A DNA stretch of 64,000 nt. Source: Lingula anatina. Its lineage: Eukaryota; Animalia; Brachiopoda. Below, piece by piece: positions 52,401 to 64,000 of the stretch. How positions within the stretch are numbered: position 1 is the first letter of the stretch; each line of letters opens with the position of its first letter. The position numbers and the translations under genes are program-made. Location: contig CM120643.1 of the NCBI GenBank assembly GCA_051362555.1, positions 19,038,848 to 19,102,847 on the forward strand. Reading direction: 5' to 3'. The notes below the pieces were generated by a model. The model searched no databases. It worked only from the letters and a program-made list of their open reading frames with translations, and was not told the DNA's origin.

Positions 52401-55400
52401 TGAACATGGACGCCTAACTGACCAGTCCAATAAACAACTATACGACCAATATGGTGAGCCAGTAATTTTTTCAGACGAACCGCAGGACCACCAGCAAGGC
52501 CAGCCAGCTGTTGATTCTCGACTGCAGTTGTTTGACAAACATGGTCGTCTCGTCGAGCCCACCGGTGATCTGCATTACGACGAACACGGCAGCCTTGTTG
52601 ACCAGGCCAACCAACCATTATTCGATCAACATGGCCGACCCATAATGCGAGCAATAGAAATATCCAGTGAAGATCAGTATGGCCGAGCTGATAAACTACC
52701 TGCTCAACTATTATATAACGAACAAGGTTTCCCTGCTCAGCCCATGGGTACACTTACTTTTGATGAACAGGGGCAGCTGATTGATAAAGACAACAAGAAG
52801 TTATACGACCAACATGGGCAGCCTATCACACAGTTTTATGATGGAAACGGTTGTCCCGTCGAGCCAGGCAATGAGCTGCATTTTGATGAAAATGGCCATC
52901 TTGTTAATGACACCAACAACCAACTCCACGATCAATATGGTCAGCCCATAGTTCAGAGTGCACAACAGTTATATGACGAAGGCGGTCACCCAGTGAACCC
53001 GATGGGTCAGCTAAGATACGATGAACATGGTCGCCTTGTTGACCACACAAACAACCAAGTCTACGACCAGCAAGGTTGTCCTATTGTACAGTACGCTCAA
53101 CATTTATGCGACGAGTATGGCAATCCGATTGAGCACACGGGAGAGCTGCACTTCGATGAACACGGCCGTCTGGTGGACCAATTTAACAATCAGCTTTATG
53201 ACCAACAAGGTGGTCCAATCAACCAGTCTGCACTTCAGTTATATAATGAGCTTGGGAATCCAGTTGATCTCGCAGAAGAACTGCACTACGATAAACAAGG
53301 TCATCTTGTTGACTCCTCCAACAACCAACTGTACGATCAAAACGGCAGAGCTATCGCAAAGGTGTATGACCAAAATGGCCGCGCAGTTAAGTCCACTGGG
53401 CAGCTACATTTTGATGAACGTGGTCGCCTTGTGAACCAATCCAATAAGCAACTATTCGACCAAGATGGAATACCATTTGTACAGGCTGCACGGAAATTAT
53501 ATGACGGAGACGGCAATCCAATAGAAACCACGGGGCAACTACACTTTGATGGCCATGGTCGCCTAATTGACCCATCTGGCAAGCAACTCTATGACCAACT
53601 TGGCCAACCTATCTTACAGTATGGTCAGCAATTATGTGACGAGCAAGGAAATCCAGTTCAGGGTACGGGAGAGCTTCATTTTGATGAACACGGTCGCCTT
53701 GTTGACGAATCGAAACAGCAGGTCTACGATCAACATGGACGACCCGTAGCACATGTCATCACTGACCAGCAGTTGGACGAAGAAAGGCGACCAGTTGATC
53801 AATCCGGTCACCAATTGTATGGAAAACATGGTCAGCCACTAGAGCCAACATCGCTGCTACAGTATAATGAGCGTGGTTGCCTTGTTGACCAGTCCAACGA
53901 ACCAGTTTATGACCAACATGGCCACCCTTTTGTACAGTATGGAGTACAACTACAAGATGAACATGGCAATCCAGTGGAGCAGACAGGGGAGCTACATTTT
54001 GACGAGCTCGGCAACCTAGTAGACCAATTCAACAGAAAACTATACGACCAAAATGGCCAGCCTATGAAAAAGATATTGGATGAAAACGGACGTAAAGTCA
54101 ACCAAACGGGAAAGCTTCATATTGATGAACACGGCTGTCTTGTTGACCAATCAAACAAACCGCTCTACGACCAAAATGGCCGACCTATTTCACAGTTTAG
54201 CCAGCAACTTTATGATGAACATGGTCGCCAGGCTAAACCTAATGCAAAATTACATTACGATGATCATGGACGTCTAGTAGACCAATCCAACAATCAACTC
54301 TTCGATCAAAATGGTCAACCCATAGTGCATGTTCAGGAGCTTGGACAGCAGTTATATGACCAGAACGGCCACCCAGTTGAGCCCAATACACAGTTACATT
54401 TCGATAATCATGGTCGCCTTGTTGACCAATCCAACAAACAGATTTATGATCAACATGGCCGCCCTTTTGTACAGTATGGAACACAACTACAAGATGAACA
54501 TGGCAATCCAGTGGAGCAGACAGGGGAGCTACATTTCGATGAGCGCGGAAACCTTGTGGACCAATCCAACAGAAAACTATACGACCAAAATGGTCAGCCT
54601 ATGAAAAAGATATTGGATGAACACGGGCGTCCAGTCAAGCAAACGGATAAGCTGTATATTGATGAACACGGTTGTCTTGTTGACCAATCGAACAAACAGC
54701 TCTACGACCAAAGTGGCCGACCTATTTCACAGTTTAGCCAGCAACTTTATGACGAGCATGGTCGCCAGACTAAACCAAATGCAAAATTACATTACGATGA
54801 TCATGGACGCCTCGTAGACCAATCCAACAATCAACTCTTCGATCAAAATGGTCAACCCATAGTGCACATTGATGAACAGGAACTTGACCGGCAATTATAT
54901 GACCAGAATGGCCATCCAGTTAAGTCCAATACACAGTTACATTATGATAATCATGGTCGCCTTGTTGACCAATCCAACAAACAGATTTATGATCAACATG
55001 GCCGCCCTTTTGTACAGTATGGAACACAACTACAAGATGAACATGGCAATCCAGTGAAGCAGACAGGGGAGCTAAATTTCGATGAGCACGGAAACCTTGT
55101 GGACCAATCCAACAGAAAACTATACGACCAAAATGGCCAGCCTATGAAAAAGATATTGGACAAACACGGGCGTCCAGTCAAACAAACGGGAAAGCTTCAT
55201 ATTGATGAACACGGTTGTCTTGTTGACCAATCAAACAAACCGCTCTACGACCAAAATGGCCGACCTATTTCACAGTTTATCCAGCAACTATACGATGAGC
55301 ATGGTCACCAGGCCAAGCCGACAGCAAAATTACATTACGATGATCATGGACGTCTTGTAGACCAATCCAACAACCAACTCTTCAATCACAAAGGTCAACC

Positions 55401-58400
55401 CATTGTGCACGTTCACAAACAGGAACTTGACCGGCAATTATATGACCAGAACGGTCATCCAGTTAAGTCCAATACACAGTTACATTACGATAATCATGGT
55501 CGCCTTGTTGACCAATCCAACAAACAGATTTATGATCAACATGGCCGCCCTTTTGTACAGTATGGAACACAACTACAAGATGAACATGGCAATCCAGTGG
55601 AGCAGACAGGGGAGCTACATTTCGATGAGTGCGGAAACCTTGTGGACCAATCCAACAGAAAACTATATGATCAAAATGGCCAGCCTATGAAAAAGATATT
55701 GGATGAACACGGGCGTCCAGTCAAGCAAACGGATAAGCTGTATATCAATGAACACGGTTGTCTTGTTGACCAATCAAACAAACAGCTTTACGACCAAAAT
55801 GGTCAACCCATCTCACAATCTAGTCAACAGTTATACGATGAAGATGGTCGCCAGGCCAAGCCAAATGCAAAGTTACGTTACGATGAAAATGCACGACTCG
55901 TAGATCAACACAACAACCAACTCTTTGATCAAGATGGACTCCCTATAGTACATTCCAAAGAGGAGCAGCCTGTGCAGCAGGTGTTTGATGAGCATGGTCG
56001 CCCAGTTGATCAATCAAATAGGCAATCTAACGACCAGCATGGTCGACCTCTTGCACAGACTTCTGACACACTAGGCAAACCCCAGATGAGGTCTAAGGGG
56101 GCACAGGGAGAAACTAACCTTGGTGAAATGTTCCTAGAGCAAATTAAGAAAGACGAACTCAGCCATAAGGCAAGGACGCCATACTCTCAAGACCAACAAC
56201 ATTGGAAACATGGAATACAAGAAACTGATATTGATGCAGAAGACGATGACGTGATAGAGACCAACATCGACGTGGAGATTGAAAGGCTGGAACAAGAACT
56301 TGGTCCACAGTATGATGGAACAAAGGCACATGACGTCAGTGTGTCATCAGACGAAGGAAGTACAGATTCAATCTTAATGGCTGGTGGAAAACCACGACAG
56401 AGAAGGAAACAACCACGAAAAGAACAAGGTGACAGCTCTACAGAACCTGACACAGACACAGATATAGATCACCTGTATCAAACTACAGACACAGACACCG
56501 ATATTGAGGCTCTTTTGTTGGACCATCTTAAAGAGAGAGCAGGAGAAAAAAAGCTACGGAAGAAGTCCGACAGGTCAAGGAGTAGAGAAAATTTGCAAGA
56601 AGCCGATGTGAGTGCCATGTTTCTTGATCAGATTAAAAAGAACCAGGCTGGAGATCGCCGAGGCACTGAAGAACATAGAGCCCCCATCGGTCAGATTACA
56701 GAGACAGACATTGATGATGAGCCGCCCACGCCAACACCTGCTGCCATGGAAGCTGATTTTGATGCTGACAATGACGTTTCCTTAAAACAATTAGTTGAAT
56801 CAGCTATCAGAAAGCACGGTGATGAATTTGAAGACCATGACGAAACAATGGTGGAGAAGTCTCCCCAGGATGTGTCTACTAAAAGTGTTTTTCAAAAAAT
56901 CTCAATATTTGAACGTGAACAGGCAAAACTTACTCCTGACCACAAGTTGACGCCACAGCAACGACAGTTGATGGAAACAGAGTTTGGCGTAGACCAGAGC
57001 CCCAGCACCATACCTACACCGGTGAAACCGCCTGGTTTTAAGAGTAAAATACCGACTAAAGGCAACCAACAAAGTGTAGAAGGCATATTTATGGAGCAGG
57101 TCCAAAAGGACGAAGCCTCCCGGAAACAGACCGCTGCTGGGAAAAGTCCCAGTAAAATTCCCGTCAGAGCACTGACATCTTCCAACAGTGGTGCTGATCA
57201 GGAAGGGGAAGAGCAGCCAGTGACCAATCTTGACAAGGCGTCAGGAGATGTGGTCCCAGGAGCAAAGGGCAGAAGCAAGATTGCTGCCTTGAGAGAGCAG
57301 TTCCTCCGGGGAGAGACTCAGGAACCCGATAAATATGATGATAATGATGATATTGAAGATTTAGAGTATGAACCCAGAGTTAGACGCCCTGCACCAAAAC
57401 AAACAGCAAAGGCAGCGAATGAGAAAACTCCACAAGCGGCACGGAATCAGGAGCAAAAGAAAGGAGAGAAACCTTCAATCCAAACCGAAGGAAACTTAGT
57501 AGGAGAGATGTTCCTTGGCGAATATATGAAAAGCAAGGCCGAAGAGGAATCTAAATATAAACCAAAGAGTCCAAAGAGTGTCCGATTCTCAGAAAAGGAT
57601 GAATACAAAAGTGAAACGTCAGAGGCTGAATCGGAGTCTACAGTTACTGGCAGAGACGATGATTCTGTCATGTCTGACCACGAAAACGAATTCAGGGCTG
57701 AAATGTTGGGTCTCAATAAAGACACAGAGCAATACGTGAAGCAGTATGGAATCGATGTTTCTACAGGGCGTGTTACTCCTCAAGGTAAAACGGACATTCC
57801 CTCATTCTATGGGGTCCCCATCTCAGAAAAAGATCCGGAGAAAAGCTCAATGAACAAAGAAAAAAAGGACAAAAAGGGAGGTGAGATCCGTAAGGCACCA
57901 GTAAAAGATGACTCTGGAAAGTTCGTCGCTGAAACTGAAGATCAACAGTCGTCAGATGGTGACCTGTCATTTGAGAGCTTAGAGCGTGAGCCACGAAGAT
58001 TCGGCCATTCACAACAAGGAGAAATTACAGATAATCCAGGCAATAAAAGTCCGAAATTAACACCTAGCAAAGGAAGACAGGCTAGCAAAAGTCCAACTTT
58101 TGAATCCGAGTTAATTGCAAAAATGATCCGCGAAGATGCAGAGAAATCACACCAATATGCAAAACACGGAACAGTTTCAACTACACAGACAAAAGAGGGC
58201 ATTTCTTACACGTTTACCTCAACAGAGACCCATTTTGATGTCAGGGAAGAGTATACCGAAGATTATGCTGAAACGCCGACTGAATATGAAAAGGTGAAAG
58301 ATATGAAACCAGACCCTGAAACTGAATTTCCTGAAACTTACACCACAGAGTCCCTTCTTAAAGGTACAAGAGCCCCAGTACCAGCTGACCGTGTATTTAA

Positions 58401-61400
58401 GGTGCACAGAGCAGAAGAGCGAAAAGCCAAAGAATTTACAGCTGAACAGATAACAGCACAGAGAAAGACCATTTCAACCACCAGTACTATTCAAAGTACA
58501 TCTACACTAGGTGGCGGTTATGATCTTCAGGAAGAGTCGGTGGTTCTGAAAGTACCAACCAAAGGGACGCAAAATGATCAGTTGCGATTGCAAGGGGATT
58601 TTGAGAAAGGTGATCAGAGCGACCAAGATGAAAGTGTGTCGGAAGACAGTTCACGCTCTTACGATCGCGATGTCTACAACCGCGTGAGACAAAATGTCCC
58701 GAGAGCGTTTGGCATCAGGAAGAGGTCGCTGCGTAGCAATGGTAGTGCTGACAACTTATCAGAATCTCCCGTTCCAGATCAGTTATCAAACGGCGAAGAA
58801 AAGAAAACAATCACAGGTAGTCAGGAATTTGCCAAGGTATTCGGGGTACGTAGCCCAGAAGAATTTGTGAATGAAATCCTAACCACGGAGGGAAAGCTTA
58901 ACTCCACTGGCAATACTCCAGATATTGAACGACGAGTCATATATACCACACCCCACTTCGCAGAGGCGAAAAGAGAAGGGAGCGCTTCAAGCGCAGACTC
59001 CCTTGGCGGAAAAGCTGGGGGTGGATTTGTGGTGCAAGACTCAACCCAGCCAAAGGGACGATCAACAACAGTATACGCTCAAATCCAAAAGCCAAAGAAA
59101 TCGCAGCAGCAGGTGACAACAATCGAATTCCCTGACGAACTTACAGTTCCACCGCCAGTAGAGACCAGCACTCCAACGCTGACACCAACGCAAAAGAGAA
59201 GACTGAAAAGCGAAGACATCATGGCCGCTCAACGGGAGCTTGAGAGACGCCAAAAAGAAGAAGAGGACGCTTTATATAGAAGATTTTTGGAAAGACAAGA
59301 GAAAGAAATGGAGAAGCTACACCAGTCTATGACATCAGAAAAAGAGAAGAGAATAAAAGACATGATGAACAAGGTTGCCACCAGCAGATCCAAGTTAATT
59401 GCACAAGACACAGAACAAGCAGCCGGGCCATCTAGAAGAAAGTCGTCAGAGCCAGAACGCCCTGGTCAAAGAGACAGCGACGCCATGTCTGTTAGCACGA
59501 TGGCCAGCAGCGTGTTTGAAGACCCTGCGAAAAAGAAATCGAAAAAAGATCTGAAAAAAGAGCAGAAAGAGAAAGAAAAGGCGGAGAAGAAAGCGGCAAA
59601 AGAGGCAAAGGAAGCTAAAAGGAAAGAAGATAAGAAAAAGAAAGGAAAGAAAGGAAAACCGTCAGAGGAGGACGCTGCCGAGGAAGGCGACGACGAGCTC
59701 GTGGAACCGCCGCGTGTTCGAAGACCACGTGAAATGCGTGATTCGGACACGACAAGTATTGCGTCTTCAACCGCCGGGCGCCCTGCTCGTAGCACAAGTA
59801 CGCCACTTCCACGAGGCGAGCAGCAGCGGGCGGGTGAGTCGACCCATTTGGCGGATCTAAGCCTCGAGATGATGGACGATCCCGAACTGCAGCGTCTCAT
59901 GGGTGAAGAGAGGCGAAAGCTGGAGGAGTCGTACGCCAAAGAGATGAAAGCTCGAAGGAGGCAGCTCATTGAAGATTTGGCTCAGGGTGAGCAACGAGAA
60001 GTGGCCGACTTGGTAGAAAAACACACCAGACAGATGCTTATGTTAAGGCACCAGAGGGTAAGTAGTTCTGCTGTGAAATAAGAAGTAATATTCAGTTATT
60101 TTTAACATTAAGGCCATTTCTAAACCACGGCTCTATTTGGATAAAATGATATTCAACAACCTGCAATATTAAATCGTCATTAGTTATATTATACGATTTA
60201 ACACATAAAGCAAATTGTGTATAAAAAGATTTTCCTTTTAATGTTGATTATTACACACCTTTTTCCATTGATATATTGTAATCCCAGTGACTTACATATT
60301 AACATGCATTTCATTATCTAGGACCGTAAGGTGTATGATCGAGACACTACCACACTGACCAGAGAGTACGAACAAACCGTCAGACCACCCATTAAACCCC
60401 CCAGGAACAAGAAAGTTCACTTCTGTGAAAATCCCACTGTTATCTTCATGGAGTTGGACGAACACGTCATAAAGGTAATTTATGCACACCGGTAAGCATT
60501 CCCACATTAAATGCATCAGTGTACATAAAAATAGCATGAATAATTCGCACCAATAATAAATCATTGTCGTATCACTATGCATAGGCTGTAGTCAAAGTAT
60601 CAATATTACAGAAGATGTACATAGTCTTTGCTTTTTTCGCCAGGTGGCGCACATGGAGCCCCAACCGTCCAGTTTCACAGACTTGGTTCGTGAACTGACT
60701 GAGGGCTGCAAGAACGACATGGAGAAAGTCAGGTAGTTTTTTTTATATGTTCAGCAAATGTTCGTTATCACTTGAAAAAAATAATTATACAAGATATGTC
60801 AACGTATATCGTAAGCAGTAACAAATTCAATTCGTGATGAGAAAAAGATATTCGCACATTCATATTGTGTAGTCACTTATAATCTAGATATCTCTTGGGG
60901 TTTCATTTGTATTCTTGAGTTTAAACAAAAAAAGCCCATCGCATATTATTCAATGCCTGTTTAAAACGTTTTATTTATTCATGTTCAGAGCCATATTCCG
61001 TTGGATCACCATCAAAAATTTGAACCAGATGGAATTCGAAGATGTCGATCCCGACACGCCCTTAGGATTGCTGAGAGGTATCAAGCTAGGACGAGAGAGC
61101 TACCACGTGCTCTTTAAAAGATTATGCGGGTAAGTTGTTTAAAAACATATAACCTAGAAATATGTGTGGTTGCTAATGTTGTTTTTATTCATTCAAATTG
61201 TACAGCACCAAAGAAATATCTCACATGCAGCAAGGTATCCCACTTTTTACAGTTATAATCTTCAGTGTTATGCGTTTAATTTAGCACCAATAATAATACT
61301 AGCGATTCTTTTGACATAACTGGGAACAATCTTCGTAAGAAAGGAAAATTTGAATACCAGATCTAAACATCTGAAAAGGGGGAATATTGAATACCAGATG

Positions 61401-62778
61401 TCTGAAAAGGTCCCTTTTTTCTTTCAGGTACGCTGGTCTTCACTGCGAAATTATCTACGGATTCTCCAAGGGTGAGGGATACAAGCCAGGAAAGCCGCTC
61501 ACCAAGCGATTTAGAAATGTATGGACAACAGCGCACGTGGATGGCTCATGGCGTTTCATCAACTGCCATTGGGGGGCGCGGCGTAGTCATGGACAACGTA
61601 AGTCCACCATATTTGGAGATCTGAATGACCTTGAGCTTGAGTACAAATACGAGGAGACGTATTTCCTTACGGACCCCGAAGATCACATTCAGCAGCATTT
61701 CCCTGACGATCCTAAATGGCAACTTCTAGAATCTCCACTGACCATGGAGGGCTTTGTCAAACTGCCAGTGAAGAAGACTCCATTCTTCAATCACGAATTA
61801 AGTTTTGTGGAAAAATATGACTCTGTTCTTACAACAAAAACCGGCGATCTCACAGTGTTGCTCAAATGTCCAAAGAAAGGGGTCAATTTTGCAGCTAAAC
61901 TTGACTCGTACTATGGAACAGCGACCTTGACCGGTCAGGTAGATGTCAAGGTCAAAGGAAGCGAGGTCGTCCTGTCCATTGAAGTGCCCCTTCCTAACAT
62001 CTGCTTCCTGCATATATTTACAAACGAAGAGAATGCGTGCTCATTCCAAATCCAGGCGTTTGAAATTCCAGCTTCATTCCAAAGACTGTACCCTGGCTGT
62101 CCTTACTTCGGTTTGACGCCAGATGGCGCTAAAATGGGCGTGGTTCCTTCTTCTCAAACTGAACCGTACCTCGTGAACAATTCAGGTGGTGACTTGGAAG
62201 TCAGACTGTCGTTAACGGGAGCAAAGCGTATAAAACTAATGCACAGACTCCTTCGTGCTGACGATGAAAATAATGTGTATGAAAACTGTGATCGTTTTGC
62301 TTTGCAGCAGCGTCGTGGGGACAAAATCTCCTCCTTTTTAATACGAACATTCCGCCCAGACTTCTACATCTTCGAAATCAATGCCGCTCCGGAGGACGAT
62401 CTCAGTCACGGCACCGTGGTTTACAGAGTCTTAGTTGAGTGCTCTGTCCCCTCCAGTGAGCCGGACCCGTTTCCAATTGCATTCCATCACTGGAACAAAG
62501 CCGGGCGCCTGCACCACCCAATGATGAGTGAGCTAGAACAAGGGAACAAGATACCGTTCAAAGTGGAGGTGCCATCTGCCCAGAAAGTCGCCGTAGTGGT
62601 CGGCAACGAGTGGAACCACCTGGCACAGACGGACGAGGAGAGGGGGATATTTGAAGGCACGGTGTACACAGGAGATAGACAGGGGAAACTGAAGGTTTAC
62701 GGGAAAATTAGCAATAAGTTTCAGCCTATGCTGGAGTACAAAGTTAGACCGTACATAAGGTATTCCCGGGGGAAATGA
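42009..62778 (+). CDS. Hillarin / LTD-1 / KY-like protein: LIM - giant repeat and low-complexity region - coiled coil - inactive transglutaminase-like domain - KY-type C-terminal region, ~3712 aa
   Basis: Exons 42009-42311, 50956-60057, 60322-60474, 60644-60732, 60989-61129, 61428-62778; GT-AG, 11139 nt in frame. LIM C-x2-C-x17-H-x2-C-x2-C-x2-C-x22-C-x2-H. Hillarin-type block RAIFRWITIKNL..DTPLGLLRGIKLGRESYHVLFKRLCGYAGLHC..GFSKG.GYKPG..FRNVW..VDGSWRFINCHWGAR and YFLTDPEDHIQQHFPDDPKWQLL. Joining the LIM exon across the 8.6-kb intron is inferred from phase and family architecture. Confidence 0.82.
43173..43269. mobile_element. Tiny degenerate TIR element (CCCAGCAAACACA-type ends)
   Basis: CCCAGCAAGCACA ... 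TGTGTTTGCTGGG, 12/13 inverted match; no clear TSD. Confidence 0.45.
48885..48942. repeat. (TAA)n microsatellite
   Basis: Read directly; one interruption. Confidence 0.95.
49371..49412. repeat. (AG)21 microsatellite
   Basis: Read directly. Confidence 0.95.
52075..56050 (+). repeat. Coding repeat array of ~15-aa L(H)(Y/F)D(E/Q)xG(R/Q)(P/L) units with ~45-aa and ~180-aa higher periods
   Basis: Translation of ORF 50845..60081. The marker TTTGTACAGTATGGA recurs with GTACAGTAT ending at 53940, 54477, 55020 and 55563 (537/543/543 nt). Confidence 0.95.
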
Positions 62779-63843
62779 CATTGAGATGGGGGAAGAGGTT
62801 AACCTGATAAGGGAATAGACACCCAGTTGTAAAGTGGCAATTGACATTACAGTACCCATAATGAATCGATGTTTGGGTTGTTTTATAGTGCACTCCAATG
62901 ACTGATCAAATGATGGCGGGTGAAGTTCTTAATTTTTAAACATTATCCACTTTGAAAAAAATTCCGAAGTTAGTGTTCAAGCTACCCAGTAATGACAGCT
63001 AAGAACCAGGTTTAGAAATCGTTGGTTTTCCCATGGGCTGCTTCACTAAGAAGCAAGCGAGAGCTAATAGTTGGCACTTGCTTACATATGCTGAATATTC
63101 GGAAATTTCATAGTAAACAGAAGTCGCTAGTTTACGGTTCCGTCTTCGAACAGGCCAAGGTCACATCGCAAAATTTGTCAACATTTTCTCTGCCACCACC
63201 TGACAGGGCATGCAGTCCTGCGATGAATGATATAATAATGTATATAAGTAGTGTGGCTTATTGAAATATATTGTCATTGTCTAATAACGTAGACGTTGAG
63301 AGCGCTTTCATATGTATATACAGTAATATACATTATAGTGTTAAGATTGTCTTACATTTTCTTATAACGCATTTATTTTCATATCTTCCAAATGGGACCA
63401 TTAAAAAAATTAAATGACTGTTATGTAGTACCATCCAATGCAAATTTCTATTTATAAATATCTGTATTGGTATATACAAATGAGTGGATATCGCAAATAT
63501 TCTTAACTGTATGGGGTTGTGCATTTTTTGTTTTGGTGTCTGTATGCTGAACATATATTCGCCATTTAAATATTTGTTTGCAAATTTGGTGTATTAATTA
63601 TCAAATTCTGCATTTTTCTAACAATAGCTGCATGTTATCTAGTGCACCGAGGGTCTCCTTGTTTAGCGTTTGAATTGTTTTTATAGTACATGTACATTTG
63701 TTTTTGTGTGTTATCTTATTTTGCCAAAATATTTGTATTATGACCAAGTCATATTGTACGCTGTTGTTTTAGGCTAAACTGCTTTAGTTGACACGTTTTA
63801 GTAGTCATTTGTAGGGCCTTTTCCTGTAACAGATAGACTGAAA

Positions 63844-63877
63844 CGCACGCACGCACGCACGCACCCACACATACACA
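63844..63877. repeat. (CGCA)n / CA simple repeat
   Basis: Read directly. Confidence 0.8.
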
Positions 63878-64000
63878 TTGCGTGCTGAAGATTTGAAAGA
63901 GAATTGCACACAAGGTTGAATTTTAACAGGTTAACACAAGCTTACATTGTGGTTAGAAGTTGTCATATGTTTGTACATATTATGCATATTCAGGTTGTGA

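Noticed and set aside
51085-59969. Many short antisense and alternate-frame ORFs inside the giant exon
   Set aside because: Shadows of a repetitive, biased coding sequence with no independent signals.
50845-60081. The 3078-aa ORF as a stand-alone single-exon gene or a bacterial RHS toxin (contamination or HGT)
   Set aside because: It has a strong acceptor at 50955 and donor at 60058 that join in frame to hillarin-type exons. I saw no RHS core signature (PxxxxDPxG) and no bacterial gene context.

Overview
AT-rich, intron-containing eukaryotic DNA, most likely from a lophotrochozoan invertebrate such as a mollusc (inferred from the gene families and a pearl/Helentron-type repeat; not verified). 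The supplied ORF track ignores splicing, so I rebuilt genes by hand from GT-AG boundaries, and all five models close in frame. Contents: (1) a possible decayed C-type-lectin remnant on the minus strand at the start. (2) A tandem, same-strand cluster of four secreted Cys-rich modular genes with 8 ShKT, 2 VWA and 4 VWC domains in total, plus a decayed third VWA exon. (3) A 7.7-kb Helentron/pearl-like element in one intron, in which ~160-bp monomers form a ~1194-bp higher-order repeat. (4) Several non-autonomous DNA transposons, a LINE 3' fragment and an intronic tRNA-Leu(CAG) with a broken anticodon stem. (5) A hillarin/LTD-1/KY-like gene (LIM plus inactive transglutaminase-like domain) expanded to ~3712 aa by a single 9.1-kb exon carrying ~1300 aa of (Y/F)DxxGR repeats. 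The giant hillarin-like protein and the ShKT/VWC/VWA cluster are the most novel-looking systems. No database searches were possible; family names come from motif recognition.
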